Shown here one piece after another: positions 50,201-64,000 of a stretch of DNA of 64,000 nt; the first letter of the stretch is position 1, and each line of letters opens with the position of its first letter. The position numbers and the translations under genes were made by a program. The stretch is taken from positions 1 through 64,000 of the forward strand of contig JAXLNO010003509.1 in the NCBI GenBank assembly GCA_038087875.1, written 5' to 3'. This stretch comes from Malacoraja senta. Lineage: Eukaryota. The notes under the pieces were generated by a model. That model was not told where the DNA came from. It saw only the letters and a list, made by a program, of their open reading frames with translations, and searched no databases.

Positions 50201-50651
50201 GTTTTGCGGTTAAATATAAAAGGATGTTTCAATGTGAATTCTTTCTCCTTATCTGTATTGTAGCATAAACAAAGATGGTCAAAACAAAGGTAGATAAAAT
50301 GCTGGAGAAACTCAATGGGTGAGGCAGCATCTATAGAGTGAAGGAAGACAAATGTGCTTGCTGATCCTTTTATGTTATTTATACTTATTTATATTTATCA
50401 TGGAGGGTGTATAGGGACATAAGGCCTCAAATGCAGAAAATCAACAGAGCGCCCCATTCCACCCCTCTCTCAACTTCCATACCCCTTTTTGCCGTGCAGG
50501 CTCCAGCTCATGGCATAAAACTGTAGCATAGTGGATAAAAACAGGATGACTAATGGAGAAGGGAAGGGGGCCCAAAATAAACTTTGTATCCACTGATAAA
50601 ATTCCTGTGAGGCCCTGCGTATACACGCACAAACAGTGTATGTTGTGAACC

Positions 50652-52404
<1,753 letters not shown>

Positions 52405-52614
52405 CTGAGCATTGGCAGACATGTTTTAATAAATCGGGCTGTTTTTTTTCAAATTTTGTTTTAGAGGTCACGGTACTGATCAAGAATGCCTGATGGGGTC
52501 GTGGGGCCAAAAAGATTAAGAACCACTGCTCTAAAGCTTAAAACTAAAGGGGCTAATAAAGGCCACAAAGTGGCTTTAGTGAGTCGGATTACAGAAAATC
52601 CCACATCTTTTTCA

Positions 52615-53310
52615 AGGTTTCATGGTTAGTTTATTGTCACATATACCAATTAAGGTACATTGAAATGCAGACTACCATACACCATACTAAAAGAAAGCAA
52701 CAAGACAAACAATAACGTAAAAGTTAACATAAACATCCACAACAGAGGAGCCCGCACGTTCCTCACTGTGATAGAAGGCAATAAAGTCTAATCTCCTTCC
52801 TCTTTATCTCCCGCTGTCGGGGCAGTCAAACAATCTGCAGTCGGTGGTCGAAACCCCCGTTGGGGAATCGAAACTCCCATGTCGGAGCGGTCGGAGCGGT
52901 CGAAACTCCTGCGGCTTGGAGGTCCCGGATGTTGGTCTCGACCGGGGACCGCGGGCTCCGCGATGTTAAAGTCTTGCAGGCTCTCACAGTTGGAGCCCTA
53001 AAGTCGATCCCCGACAGGGATTGCGAGCTCCATGATGGTAAGTCCACAGGCTCCTGCGATGGATCTCCCGGTCGATCTCTAGCAAAGGCCACCATTCCTC
53101 AATGTTAGGCCGCATTGTGGACGGAGATACGATACAGAAAATATCACATCTACGTCGAGGTAAGAGATTAGGAAAAGTTTCCCACAACTCCCCCAACCCC
53201 CACCCCCAAAACAAGCTAAAGAACACTAAAGAATATACATTTAACACGTACAAAACAGACACAAGGAAGGAAGGGACAGACATACTGTTGGCGAGGCAAC
53301 CATTGCAGCA
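52615..53310 (-). mobile_element. GC-rich non-autonomous repeat (family copy 4)
   Basis: Reverse tail ggttagtttattgtcaca; ctccgcgatgttaa motifs; reverse 5' block gacagacatactgttggcgaggcaaccattgc. Confidence 0.6.
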
Positions 53311-53419
53311 AAAGGTGGATTGCTTAAGGATATAGAAGGGAATATGTGCTTGGAGTTTGTGGATATAGGCGAGGTTTGGTTTCACCAAGGAAGACATGTA
53401 GAATAGTAAGGACCATTAA

Positions 53420-54230
53420 TAGTAAGTACATCATAAAATCCTCCAACATTTTTGCCGCCTCCAACGGGATCCCACTACTGGTCACATCTTCCCATCTCCA
53501 CCCCTTTCTGCTTTCCGCAGAGACCGTTCCCTCCGAAACTCCCTGGTCAACTCGTCCCTTCACACCCAAACCACCTGCTCTCCGGATACTTTCCCCTGCA
53601 ACCGCAGGAGATGCAACACCTGTCCCTTTACGTCCCCCCTCGACTCCGTCCAAGGACCTAAAGTCTTTCCAGGTGAGGCAGAAGTTCACTTGCACCTCTT
53701 CCAACCTCATCTACTGTATCCGCTGTTTCAGTTGTCAACTTCTCTACATCAGTGAGACCAAGCGCAGGCTCGACGATCGTTTTGCTGAACACTTCCCCTC
53801 AGTCCGTCTTACCCTACCCGATCTCCCGGTGGCTCAGCACTTCAACTCCCCCTCCCATTCCCAATCTGACCTTTCTGTCCTGGGCCTCCTCCATTGTCAG
53901 AGTGAGGCCCAGCCCAAATTGGAGGAACAGCACCCCATATTTCGCTTGGGTAGTCTATACTCCAGCGGTATGAACATTGACTTCTATAACTTTCGATAGC
54001 CCTTGATTTCTCTCTCCATCCCCTCCCCCTTCCCAATTCTGCCACCAGTCTTACTGTCTCCGCCGACATTCTATCTTTGTCCCTCCCCTGACATCAGTCT
54101 GAAGAAGGGTCTTGACCCAAAACAATGCCCATTCCATCTCTCCAGGGAAGCTGCCTGACCCGCTGAGTTACCCCAGCATTTTGTGTCTCTCTACGATTTT
54201 AACATCTGCAGCATCTGCAGTTCTTTCTTA
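53420..54230 (+). mobile_element. Penelope-like element: RT linker, GIY-YIG endonuclease and 3' terminal repeat with hammerhead-like core
   Basis: FQVRQKFTCTSSNLIYCIRCFSCQLLYISETKRRLDDRFAEH..VAQHFNSPSH..LEEQHPIFRLGSL..MNIDFYNFR* (53999); ctgaagaagggtcttgacccaaaac at ~54100. Confidence 0.9.
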
Positions 54231-54589
54231 CACATGGAGAATCAATGTGGAGAATGCTAACATGCAGGGACACTTTGAAGTTAAGTAAGAAGGAGATGTT
54301 GGATCACTTGAAGAGAAATGTGGATAAATCCCCAGGACAGAGGGGGTGTAGTGGATGATAATAATAATCGTTGAAAACATTAGTGCCGTGCTGGTTTCCA
54401 ATGGGCACGGTGACGGACGCACCACACATCTCTGTCCTCCATGCAGCTGGCAAGCTCCTCTTTTGTCTCTACACATGCGTCTTCCATCAACGTCTTCAAC
54501 ATCGTCTTGAATGGCCATCCTGGGTCAAGTCTTCCATGGGTGGAAGACGCATGCCAGCAAACAGGCATGTCTGGCATTTAACGAGCATT

Positions 54590-54735
54590 GATGTATATAT
54601 TGTAGACTTTCGTCCCAAATATCTTTCGTTATGGGTTGGCCTAATTCATTTTCCCATGTGTGTCTATATAAATCCGTCGGCGGGACCTCACTATCTAAGA
54701 GGGTATTATAAATATGAGATATTAATTTTTCTGTA
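54590..54735 (-). mobile_element. L1 ORF2 C-terminal fragment
   Basis: LISHIYNTLL..WENELGQPITKDIWDESLQYIHQCSLNARH, homologous to 1240-1410. Confidence 0.75.
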
Positions 54736-54754
54736 TTAAGATTCAAGATTCAAG

Positions 54755-55580
54755 ATTCAAGAAGTTTATTGCCATGTCAACTGAGTTGATAGGAATTTGA
54801 CTTGCCATGCAGCACACAAATAAAGATTACAACAAAGAATTTAACAGTAAACATAAAAACATCCCCCCACAATGGTTCCCACTGTGGGGGAAGGCAGCAA
54901 AGTCCAGTCCCATCCCCAGTTCACCCATAGTCGGGGCCTATTGAGGCCTCTGCAGTCGCCGCTACGGCAGCCCGATGCCTCAGGCCCTCTCGCCGGATGA
55001 TGAAGCTCCGGCGTCGGGTGAACACTCTCAGCGGCCCGGAGTGTCTGGAGCGGCTGCCTCCTCCCAGTAGACCGCGGCTCCCGAAGTCCACGAGCCGCGC
55101 TGGTCGATGCCCCGACTCTGTCGACCTCGTCGTCAGATCCCAGGCTCCGCGGTGTTCCAAGCTCAGCGCCGCTGGAAGCTCCACTGACCGCAGACCGCAG
55201 CTCTGCGATGTTAGTGCTGGCCGTCACAGCACTCCGGAGCTTACTGCACGGCGACCCGGGTTAGGCATCGCCCGCTCCGCGATGGTGCTTCAGCGCTGTG
55301 CCGCCGCCGAAGCTGAAGTCCTGGCCGGTCCCGGCAGGAAAACGCCGCTCCAGCCTGCCCGTAGGCCGCGAGGAAGGGGCGAAGATACGGCTCGGAGAAA
55401 AGCCGCATCTCCGACCAGGTAGGGACTGAGAAGAATAGTTTCCCCCTTCCCCCTACCCCCCCCCCCCCCCACATAAAAAGACTAAAAGATCTCCAACCAA
55501 CACTCTCAACTAACTAAAAATAAAAAAAAGAGTGAAAAAACTAACAGCTGCTGGCGGGGCAGCCATATTCGACGGCACCC
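54755..55580 (-). mobile_element. GC-rich non-autonomous repeat (family copy 5)
   Basis: (ttcaaga)n reverse tail; ctc(c/t)gcg(a/g)tg motifs; reverse 5' block ctaacagctgctggcggggcagccat. Confidence 0.6.
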
Positions 55581-55984
55581 CCTGTTGATGTTATTAGGAT
55601 GTTTATTCAAACATTCATCAAGGATTTCTGGTTCCCTAGTTCTGTAATCTTGTGTATTTGATTTAATGTAATCTCTAATTTGTAAATATCTGAAAAAGTT
55701 ATTTGAGTGTGGTCCGTAAATCTGTTGTAACCCCTGAAATTAAAGAAAAGTGCCTTTCCTATAAAGATGTCCCATCTTTTTAATTCCTTAATTTTTCTAT
55801 TGTGTAAAGCCTTTATCCAACATGGAGGGTTTGAATAAAGGGTTGTTTATAATGGGGAGACAGAGTGATAAATTATCCAATTTTAAAGTCTTTTTTAATT
55901 GTTTCCAAATTCGTATACCACTATATATTATAGAATTTTCACTATAGGTTTTTTAATGCAATTTTGTGGGAGCAAACATAATCG

Positions 55985-56260
55985 AACCAATTTCAAAAGG
56001 CAAACAGTCTTTCACTATTTTGTATGACTCAATGAGGTCCCCCCTTATTCTTCTAAACTCCAGCGAGTACAGGCCCACTGCCATCAAATGGTCATCATAT
56101 GTTAACCCATTCATTCCTGGGATCATTCTTGTACACCTCCTCTGGACACTCTCCAGAGCCAGCACATCCTTCCTCAGATATGGTGCCCAAAATTGCTCAC
56201 AATGCTCCAAATGTGGCCTGACCGGCGCCTTATAGAACCTCAGCATTACATCCCTGTTTG
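55985..56260 (-). mobile_element. CR1 LINE fragment
   Basis: VMLRFYKAPVRPHLEHCEQFWAPYLRKD..LYSLEFRRIRGDLIE. Confidence 0.9.
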
Positions 56261-56579
56261 ACAGGGAGAAAGTGTAATTGATGTATTTCATATTAGTTAA
56301 CCATGGATTTTCTTGACCACAGTTGACAGCCCCTAATGGGATTGCATGTCTATCACACATCTCAAAAGAGCACAGCATTAAGCTTCGAAGGGCAAAATTT
56401 ACACGAGTTGTGCAGGTCAAGTGTTTTTTTGCACAGAGAGAGCTTGATACCTAGAATGCGCTACCAGGAGTGGTGGTAGAGGAAGACATGATAATGGTGC
56501 TTAAGAAGGTTTTGGACAGGCTTGTGAATGTGCAGCGAATACAAGGATATGGATCACATGCAGGCAGTGGAAATCAGTT

Positions 56580-56880
56580 TTGGTTTAGTTTAGAGATAGA
56601 GTATGGAAACAGGAACTTTGGGCCACTGAGTCCGCACTGACCAGCAATTGCCCATTCACTATTTTTGTCCTACAAGCTAGGGACAATTTACAGAAGCCAA
56701 TTAACCTACAAACCTGCACGTCTTTTGTATTTGGGAGGAAACCGTAGCCCCCAGAGAAAACCCACAGGGTGACAGAGAGAACGTACAAACTCCGTCCAGA
56801 CAGCACTCTAGTCAGGATCGAACCCGGGTCTCTAATGCTGTAAGACAGCCATTCTATCACTGTGCCACTGTGTTGCCTTA
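56580..56880 (-). mobile_element. tRNA-derived V-SINE
   Basis: Reverse tail, V-domain and B box ggatcgaacccggg. Confidence 0.85.
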
Positions 56881-57579
56881 GTTTAACTTGGTATCCTGTT
56901 CGACATGGACATTGCAGGCTGAAAGTCCTGTTCTTGTACTGTTCTATGTTCTATATATTCTCATTGGACAGGGCAGAGTTTTTCACTCCTCCAGCCTCCA
57001 TGTTGAATACTTACTCCCAGTTTAAATCTGATTCAATTAGTCAATCCATTTCTCCCTCCCCTCCTGCCCTGATCCCCATTCTATATCTTGAAGTAGTCAT
57101 TCCCTTTTTCGCTCCCTGGTCTGTCTACTATCCCCACAACTTTCCTCTACTTTCCTGTCTTGGTGCATGCAACATCTATCCATTTACCTCTTCCCTTCCT
57201 ACTGTCCATAGACCCAGGCAGTTCTTCAAAGTGAAACAGCGTGAAACACTTGCACTTCCAGTCAAATCTACTGCATTTGGTTTTCATGACGTAATCTTCC
57301 ACATCGCATCAATGAAACAAATTGAGTGGCTGCGTTCTGGAGAACCCGCATTCAATCCATGGGACTTTCTAAGATTCCTAATTCCTGCCACTTTAATTCT
57401 CCATTCAACACCCACCATGATCCATCCATCTGTACCTCTTACACTAGGATAACAAGGGTGAAAGTAACCTTGAGGACCAACAACTCAGCTTCTACCTTGA
57501 CATGTTGCAGCCTTTCACACTCAATTCCACGTTCAACAAGTTGTATTCCCTGTCGATAAAAGAACTGGTCATTTCATAA

Positions 57580-58085
57580 GTTCATGTTCATTTATTGTCA
57601 CATACACCAATTGGTGTAGTAAAATTCACTGGCCAGGTCAGTCATACAATTTTAAAAAGCAACAGACTCAAAAACACATTTTGACATAAACATCCATCAT
57701 AGTGACTCCTACACATTCCTCACTGTGATGGAAGGCGAAAATAAAGTTCCAAGTCCTTCCCTTGTTGTTCTTCCTTGGTCGGGGGCCTCGAGCCCCCCGT
57801 TGAACGGACGGTCTTGAGTCCCGTAGCCGGCGGCGTTCGGGCCCTCCGCGTCGAGGTGATCAGCTCCCGCATCGGGGGGATTGTCAGCTCCCCTGCGCCG
57901 GGCGATCGAACCTCGCGTCGGGGCTGGACGAACCTTCTGTGGCGTTGGAGCTCCCGACTAGCCTCTCCCGAGACTGGGAGCCCTTGATGGTAAGTTCGCA
58001 GGCCGCGTTGGGAGCGATCCCAGGCAAGGGATCCGCTCCGATGGTAAGTCCACGCCCCGTGGTGGGGCTCACGACGGTCCTTTTC
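57580..58085 (-). mobile_element. GC-rich non-autonomous repeat (family copy 6)
   Basis: Reverse tail tttattgtcacatacacc; cacattcctcactgtgatggaaggcga block shared with other copies. Confidence 0.55.
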
Positions 58086-59139
58086 AACTGTTAAGTTGAA
58101 GTCAGAAAGAACAGATGCAAGAAGTATGAAGACGGACACCAAGCTGAAACATTACGTAACCATGTCTTCCAGATGCTGCCTGAGCCACTGAGTTACACCT
58201 GCACGTTTTTGTGTTTTTTTTAAATTACAGTAAAGTTATCCACCTGCAAAATCAGGACAGCCTGACCTACTTGAGTACTGCAGTATGTGCTGCATTTTAT
58301 ATAACTCTGTTTAGTTTCATGCATGCAGAGATGCAGTGAAATGGTTTGGATGGAACAGCAGATGCTGGACACCCCGTCCCTTCTCTCCAGAGATGCTGCC
58401 TGTCCCGCTGAGTTACTCCAGCTTTTTGTGTCTGTCTGCAGTGAAATGGTTGTTCTGCATTCTCCCCAGTCAAGTCATACTGTACATAAGTACAATTCGT
58501 CCTCTTCTGGAACAGCACGCAGAGATCCACCACATTCCAGGACTATCTTGCAGCTTCCAAGTCTCTGAGAAGTCTGATTTTGCCCTAAGGAAATACCCAA
58601 TTTCACATTTTCTCATGTTAAGGCCCAGTGTCATAACAGCACTGGATTGATGAAGTAGAGGCGCCTGCCTCAGTTTAAGTTTTTCTGTTTCAAGATTGTG
58701 ATCAAACCCTCGTCACTGGAACTGTGTCGCAGTGCCACCCATTACGTATCAGTCCCAATTATCTTTCAACATGCTGGAATCACTTGTTTTTTATCCTTTT
58801 TAGACTTTTTTCATGAATTGTTCAGCTTAAACAGTTATGCTACAGCAGTTAAGCGCAGCTACCACTTAGTTCCAGAGACGTAACAACACAAGAGATAGTG
58901 TTGGAAGAATGATCAAACTCACACATAGTGGTTAGAATCCATAGTCTTTTATTAGTAACTCTGCAGATGAAACACAAGGTGCTTTCTTCTCAGCATGCTT
59001 ACTACCAGTCTACCAGAGAGAGAGAGAGCTGTCTAATAAGCCTGTGGGCGGAGCCACAGTATGAGTGACACTAATCTACAGATAGGCACAGGGATAAGTT
59101 TCGGTTTATTATTGTCACGTTTAGTTTCGAGGTACAGCA

Positions 59140-59410
59140 TGAAAATAGGCCTTTTGGCCCACTGAACCTGTGCTGACTAACGACCACCCAAATATTAGTT
59201 CTATCCTACACACTAGGGACAATTTACAGAAGCCAAAAAACTTACAAACCTGCACGTCTTTGAATGTGACGGAACTGTAGCACCCGGAGATAACTCACAT
59301 GGTCACAGGGAGAATGTATGAACTCTATATAGACAGCACCCATTGTCAGGATTGAACTTTGGTCTGTGGTACTGTAAGGCAGCAACTTTCCCTCTGCGCC
59401 ACTGTGCTGC
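59140..59410 (-). mobile_element. tRNA-derived V-SINE
   Basis: Reverse V-SINE body and head (gtcaggattgaac..ctgcgccactgtgc). Confidence 0.8.
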
Positions 59411-60715
59411 CCATGTACTGAGGTAGAGTGTAAAGCTTTGTTTTGCATGCTATCCAATTGGATGAGGTAACAAAATACATATATATGATCATCAAACTCA
59501 AGTACTGTAGGTAGAGCAAAGGGGAAGGTACAGAGTGTGGCATGTAGTTCTCAGCAATGTAGCACAGCAGTTCCATTAGATAAGTGTTTCGACACGAAAC
59601 GTAACACATTCCTTCTCTCCAGAGATGCTGCCTGACCCGTTGAGTTACTCTAGCATTTTGTGTCTATCTGCGGTTTAAACCAGCATCTACAGTTCCTCCC
59701 TACATAGTTCTATAAACAAAGTCCACTGTCTTTAATGGGGTAGTGGTCATTTGGACAGTACCCTAGCTTATGGAACGATCATTCAGAAGCCTGATTTTCT
59801 CCTCGGTTATTAAGTTTCCGAGTAAGCCATTTGGTCCTCTAACCTGCCCACCATTCAATATGACCATGGCTGACGTTCCTCAGGCATCAACTCCTGTTCG
59901 ATATCAGTTCCTCATTGCACTCAGTTCTCCAATTTAAGTTTAATTAAGTTAACTAACGCCACATTAAATGCTTCCAATGATTTTGTCTTCACAAATCTCT
60001 GGCGCCAGAGAATGACCACACTCTGCAAAAAGAGATTTTGTAAACAAATGACTGGTCTCTTTTATCTCTTATTGAAGAGGAGTGAAAATACTGCCAATTT
60101 TAAGCTTGTCCCCTCCCCAATTGACCCTCATTTCGTAACTTGTCAATTATTTATTATTGTCAATAATATGCCCTAGTGAAAAGATTTGCCGATGGTATTA
60201 GTTTATTATTGTCACATGAACTGTGATATAGTCAAAAGTTTGTCTGTGTGTTATCCAATCAGATCATACTACACATGTGCAATCAAGCCATCCACAAGTA
60301 GAACAGTGCAAAGAGAAAAATTCTCAGAGTGCAGAATATCGGGTTACAATATCATAGCATTACAGTTACAGAGAAAGTGCAGATCAAAAAGAGTTGCAAG
60401 GATCACAATGAGATTGGTTGGAAGATCAGGGCAACATCTTATCTTACATGAGAACCATTCAGTAGTCCAATAACAGTGGGGAAGTAGCTGTTCCTGAATT
60501 TAATGGTACGTACTTTCAAACTTTCTTGTGTACTGTCTTAACAGGGAGCGTGCGATCCCTTTTAAACCACGTGGTTGGTTGATGGTGCCGAAAGAGGCAA
60601 AATGGGGCAGATGTGGACAGTAACTTGGTTGTTGTAGTGGACTGAAGAATATTTTGTGGTGGGTGACTGTGCAAGTTTTACTGAAGATGAAAATAACCAT
60701 CTTACTGTCTTGTAG

Positions 60716-60982
60716 TTTCCCCTGAGGTCACTCTCGCTGCCCGCCCTGATGATCATTCAGTCCTGTACTGCACTGTGTTTGGATTTTACCCACCGGCCAT
60801 CAATGTCAGCTGGTTGCAGAATGGTCAACATGTCTCTGAGACCAAATCTTCTGGGGTCATACCCAACAACGATGGAACATATCATCTAAGGTCTGTCCTT
60901 GAGTATGATCCGTATGATGGGAAACAGTATTCCTGTCATGTCGATCACAGCAGCCTGCCCGGTGGGAAGACCATCATCTGGG
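60716..60982 (+). CDS. MHC class I-like alpha3 (Ig C1-set) exon
   Basis: cttgtag|TT TCC..TGG G|gtaaga, 267 nt, phase 1-1; xSPEVTLAARPDDHSVLYCTVFGFYPPAINVSWLQNGQHVSETKSSGVIPNNDGTYHLRSVLEYDPYDGKQYSCHVDHSSLPGGKTIIW; C-GFYP-W-PNNDGTY-YSCHVDH is the class I alpha3 signature. Confidence 0.95.
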
Positions 60983-61329
60983 GTAAGAACGTTAAATATT
61001 CTTTCATAGATAATCATTATCTTCTGTTGTTTCCATTTTAATCATCATGAATACATCCCATATTCCAAGATGCTTAAACTTTCTTTGTTTAGTGGTGTTG
61101 CTCTAAGTAATCACGTAATCAGCACCCACTCTCCGCATGAGCAGAAGACTTTGTCAACAGAACATTTATCAAAAGTAAATAAATAACTAATATATAAGGA
61201 AGGAGTATTTGAGATTCTCAGTGGTGGAACTGAAATCTATGAAAGGTATGTTTAAATAAAAAATGAATCTTTCCTCATGATGTGATTAACAGCAAGGCAC
61301 TGGGGGAGTACATGCCCCAATCTGAATCA

Positions 61330-61760
61330 ATGGTCCGAAGTGGAAATGATTGAGAGCTTCATGTTCCTTGGCATGAATTTATCCAATATTCTGTAAAGGA
61401 CTGACCACATAGCCAAGGAGGCACACCGACACCTCTACTTCCTCAGGAGACTGAGAATATTCATCATGTCTCTGGTGACTCCAGCAAACATCTATAGATG
61501 CCGCTAGAGAAAGCATGTTGTTGGGTTGCATCACATCTTGATTTGGGAACTGCACTGCCCAAGACTGCAAGAATATACAAAGAGTTAAAGATCATCACAC
61601 AGGCCAGACTTCCCACTATTGGCTCAATCTACACTAGGTTGCCTTGGAAAACGAGACTTATCCCAACCTTCCTCCTTCTTGCTCCCATCAGGCATTAGGT
61701 ACAGAAAGTTGAAAATATGCACTGCCAGACTCAGGAACACCCCCTTTCCACCTGTTAACA
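61330..61760 (+). mobile_element. Degenerate Rex1/Babar-type LINE fragment
   Basis: VEMIESFMFLGMN.., AKEAHRHLYFLRRLR, LLGCITS*FGNCTAQDCK. Confidence 0.7.
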
Positions 61761-62480
61761 GGCTTCGGAAGGGTCCTTCCATAATGTAGGTTTAATGCCC
61801 GATTCACCTCAACCTCATTGAACATTGAACATTGTCCATGGAACTGATGTGTTACAATGCTGAGAACTATATTCTGTACTCTGTATCCTCCTCTTTGCTC
61901 TATCTATTGTTTTTGAGTTTGTATTTATGTATAGTTTTATAATTTGTTTGGATAGCATACAAAACAAACTTTGCTCATATTTTGAAACATCTGGCGTTAA
62001 TAAAACTAAACCTAATGAAGTAAGTTCCATGACGCAAGTTACAGATTCAGCAACGAAAAATATAACTGCCTGACAAACAGCGATCGTAGAAGTTTGATTC
62101 CAAGTATGCTGCACTAACCTACACAAATGCTCACTTTTGAAGATTCCCTCGAACAATGCACAACTAAGGAATCTGATGTTTCACTCTGAAGACTGTTGAC
62201 ATACCCCAGAACTTAATTTCCAACCTATCTATGTATCATCAGCAATCTAGGCTACAGCGCCACCAGTCCCTTCATCTGCTCTTAATACCAACGATAAGTA
62301 GTTCACTTTCTTGCATTGATTCCCAACCTGCAGTTGCAGTTTCCCAACCAGAACACTCCTTTAAGACAACTCTCTGCTTGCTCTTAATTGTTTTTCCATT
62401 CATGCTAATTATTACCCCCAATGTCATAAGCCATGTGCCTTTGCATCACTTGATCAGATATCTTATGAAAATCCAGATAT

Positions 62481-62500
62481 TGTGGCGACATCTGGTGGTC
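62481..62500 (-). promoter_or_regulatory. Candidate CTCF site in the alpha3-TM intron
   Basis: Minus strand GACCACCAGATGTCGCCACA versus consensus CCASYAGRKGGCR (one core mismatch); motif match only. Confidence 0.4.
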
Positions 62501-63669
62501 AGGCCACTTATTGCTAGAACCCTCGTCAGGGGAGCTGGGACTATCACGTGAGTGACAGGGTTTTGGTGGGAGTTGGTGATGAGTTAATCGCCAGTCAACT
62601 GGTGTGCCCGATAACAACGGCAGGAACTTTGCTCAAGTCCTTACTAAACGCGAGTGGGCCAAAACTGTATTTCTTTAAAAAAACATTGATTTGTTCACGA
62701 CGTTTGGATCTCTACAATATATTGTATTTCTTTTGTTTCTCATTCCAATTTTGTTACCTATTCTGCTTTTCCATCATTTTGTTTATGAATTTTAGGCTTT
62801 TCACACCTGCTGCTCGAATATACATTGTCTACGGGTTCCTGTTGCATTTTCAAAGAGTTCTAATCAATTTCTCAAACAAAGTTTGAAGAAGGGTCCCAAA
62901 ACGAAACGTCACCTGTCCATGTGTAAGAAGAAACTGCAAATGCTGGTTTACACCAAAGATGGACACAAATTGCTGGAATAACTCAGCTGGTCAGCCAGCA
63001 TCTCTGGAGAAAAGGAATAGGTGATGAATCCATGTTCGCCAGAGATGCTGCCTGTTCCGCTGAGTTACTCCAGCATTTTGTGTCTATTATGTATATTCTT
63101 TCCACTGACTGGTTAGCATGAAACAAAAGCTTTTCACTGTACCTCAATACATGTGACAATAAACTAAACTAAAGCTTTTGTGTAAATCAGTATCTGCATC
63201 TCTTTCTTTCTACAATTTTCCTGATAATGCCCTGATAATGCACTTTATTGTTTTGTTATTACTTAAATGTTCTGCCATTATTGAAAGGAATCCAGCATTT
63301 TCCCCAAAACAAATGTTAGTTTATATAGGGTTAAAGCTTTCTGCTTTCAATTCACCTTCTTTCATGAATTAAGTTGTGGCTGTGATGGTGCCATATATCA
63401 TAGTTGTACAGAACATATATTGTCCCTTTGCCATGCTGCAGAACTCCGTGATTCAAAACACCATATCATCTTATATACCTTGAAAAGCCCCAAATATAGA
63501 CACAAAATGCTGGAGTAACTCAGCGGTCAGGTAACATCTCTGGAGAAAAGGAATAGGTGGCATTTCGGGTCGAGACCCTTCTTCACCCTGAAGTCTTCAG
63601 ACAGTGCCCATCTATTTAGCTGCACAGCTTAACAATTGATTTGTAAAATTATGCATTCTTATTTTTCAG

Positions 63670-63777
63670 AAGGAAATAGGAAGAAAGACAGGCACATAGG
63701 CCTTATTGCCGTGTGTGTGCTGATATTGCTGGCTATTGTCTTGGCAGTAATTGTTTGGTGGAGAAAAAAGAGGAGAG
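63670..63777 (+). CDS. Connecting-peptide/transmembrane exon of the MHC class I-like gene
   Basis: tttttcag|AA GGA..AGA G|gtaaga, 108 nt, phase 1-1; EGNRKKDRHIGLIAVCVLILLAIVLAVIVWWRKKRR, a ~21-aa hydrophobic span with a basic stop-transfer. Confidence 0.9.
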
Positions 63778-64000
63778 GTAAGATGGAAAAATTGTGATGC
63801 ACTGTTGCTAGTAAAGGTATTGGGCTTGAAGAAATGATCGATCTCAAGTAGGATAAGGCAGCAGCTACACCTGAAATGCCTCGACAGTCACCACTGTCAA
63901 CTAGCCTTTGTGCTGTTGTTAAATGTTTCTGATAATCAGATATTTAAAAATTGTGAATTCAGTGTAAAAAAAAGTTAAACATTATGGATTCACTGCCCCA

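Larger units (their letters stand above)
47930..50617. mobile_element. Second hAT (Tip100/ZMYM1-like), internally deleted, nested in the Charlie element
   Basis: Ends cagggcct / aggccctg; perfect 8-bp TSD cgtataca (47922-47929 and 50618-50625); hAT dimerisation-domain remnant at ~49670-49830. Confidence 0.88.

Noticed and set aside
54841-55474. GC-rich overlapping ORFs (also 12177-12729, 46709-47311, 57720-58142)
   Set aside because: Stop-poor frames within GC-rich non-coding repeats, with no recognisable domains.

Overview
Vertebrate genomic DNA, most likely a cartilaginous fish (skate/ray-like, inferred from the V-SINE/HE1-type SINEs, CR1 LINEs, Penelope-derived repeats and a shark-type GPR139-like GPCR). 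Most of the window is transposable-element debris and most ORF-track entries are TE fragments or noise. The host-gene content is a + strand MHC class I-like gene. It has an alpha1 exon present twice (33526-33786 and 40339-40599) inside a ~6.8-kb tandem duplication, an Ig-C1 alpha3 exon (60716-60982) and a TM exon (63670-63777), all phase 1-1. I could find no alpha2 exon between alpha1 and alpha3, so the locus may encode an alpha1-alpha3 or alpha1-alpha1-alpha3 heavy chain, or be a pseudogene or mis-assembly. Also present: a 5'-truncated GPR139-like pseudogene fused to a SINE tRNA head, a hAT nested in another hAT (both with TSDs), a Harbinger-type MITE carrying a palindromic hammerhead-like pair, a 1-kb DNA transposon with a 7-bp TSD, a DIRS tyrosine-recombinase remnant, L1, L2, Rex1/Babar-type and CR1 LINEs, and roughly 30 Penelope-derived repeats, many with recognisable hammerhead-ribozyme cores. 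Two assembly gaps are present. Coordinates of degenerate repeats are approximate; exon, TIR and TSD coordinates were counted from the sequence.
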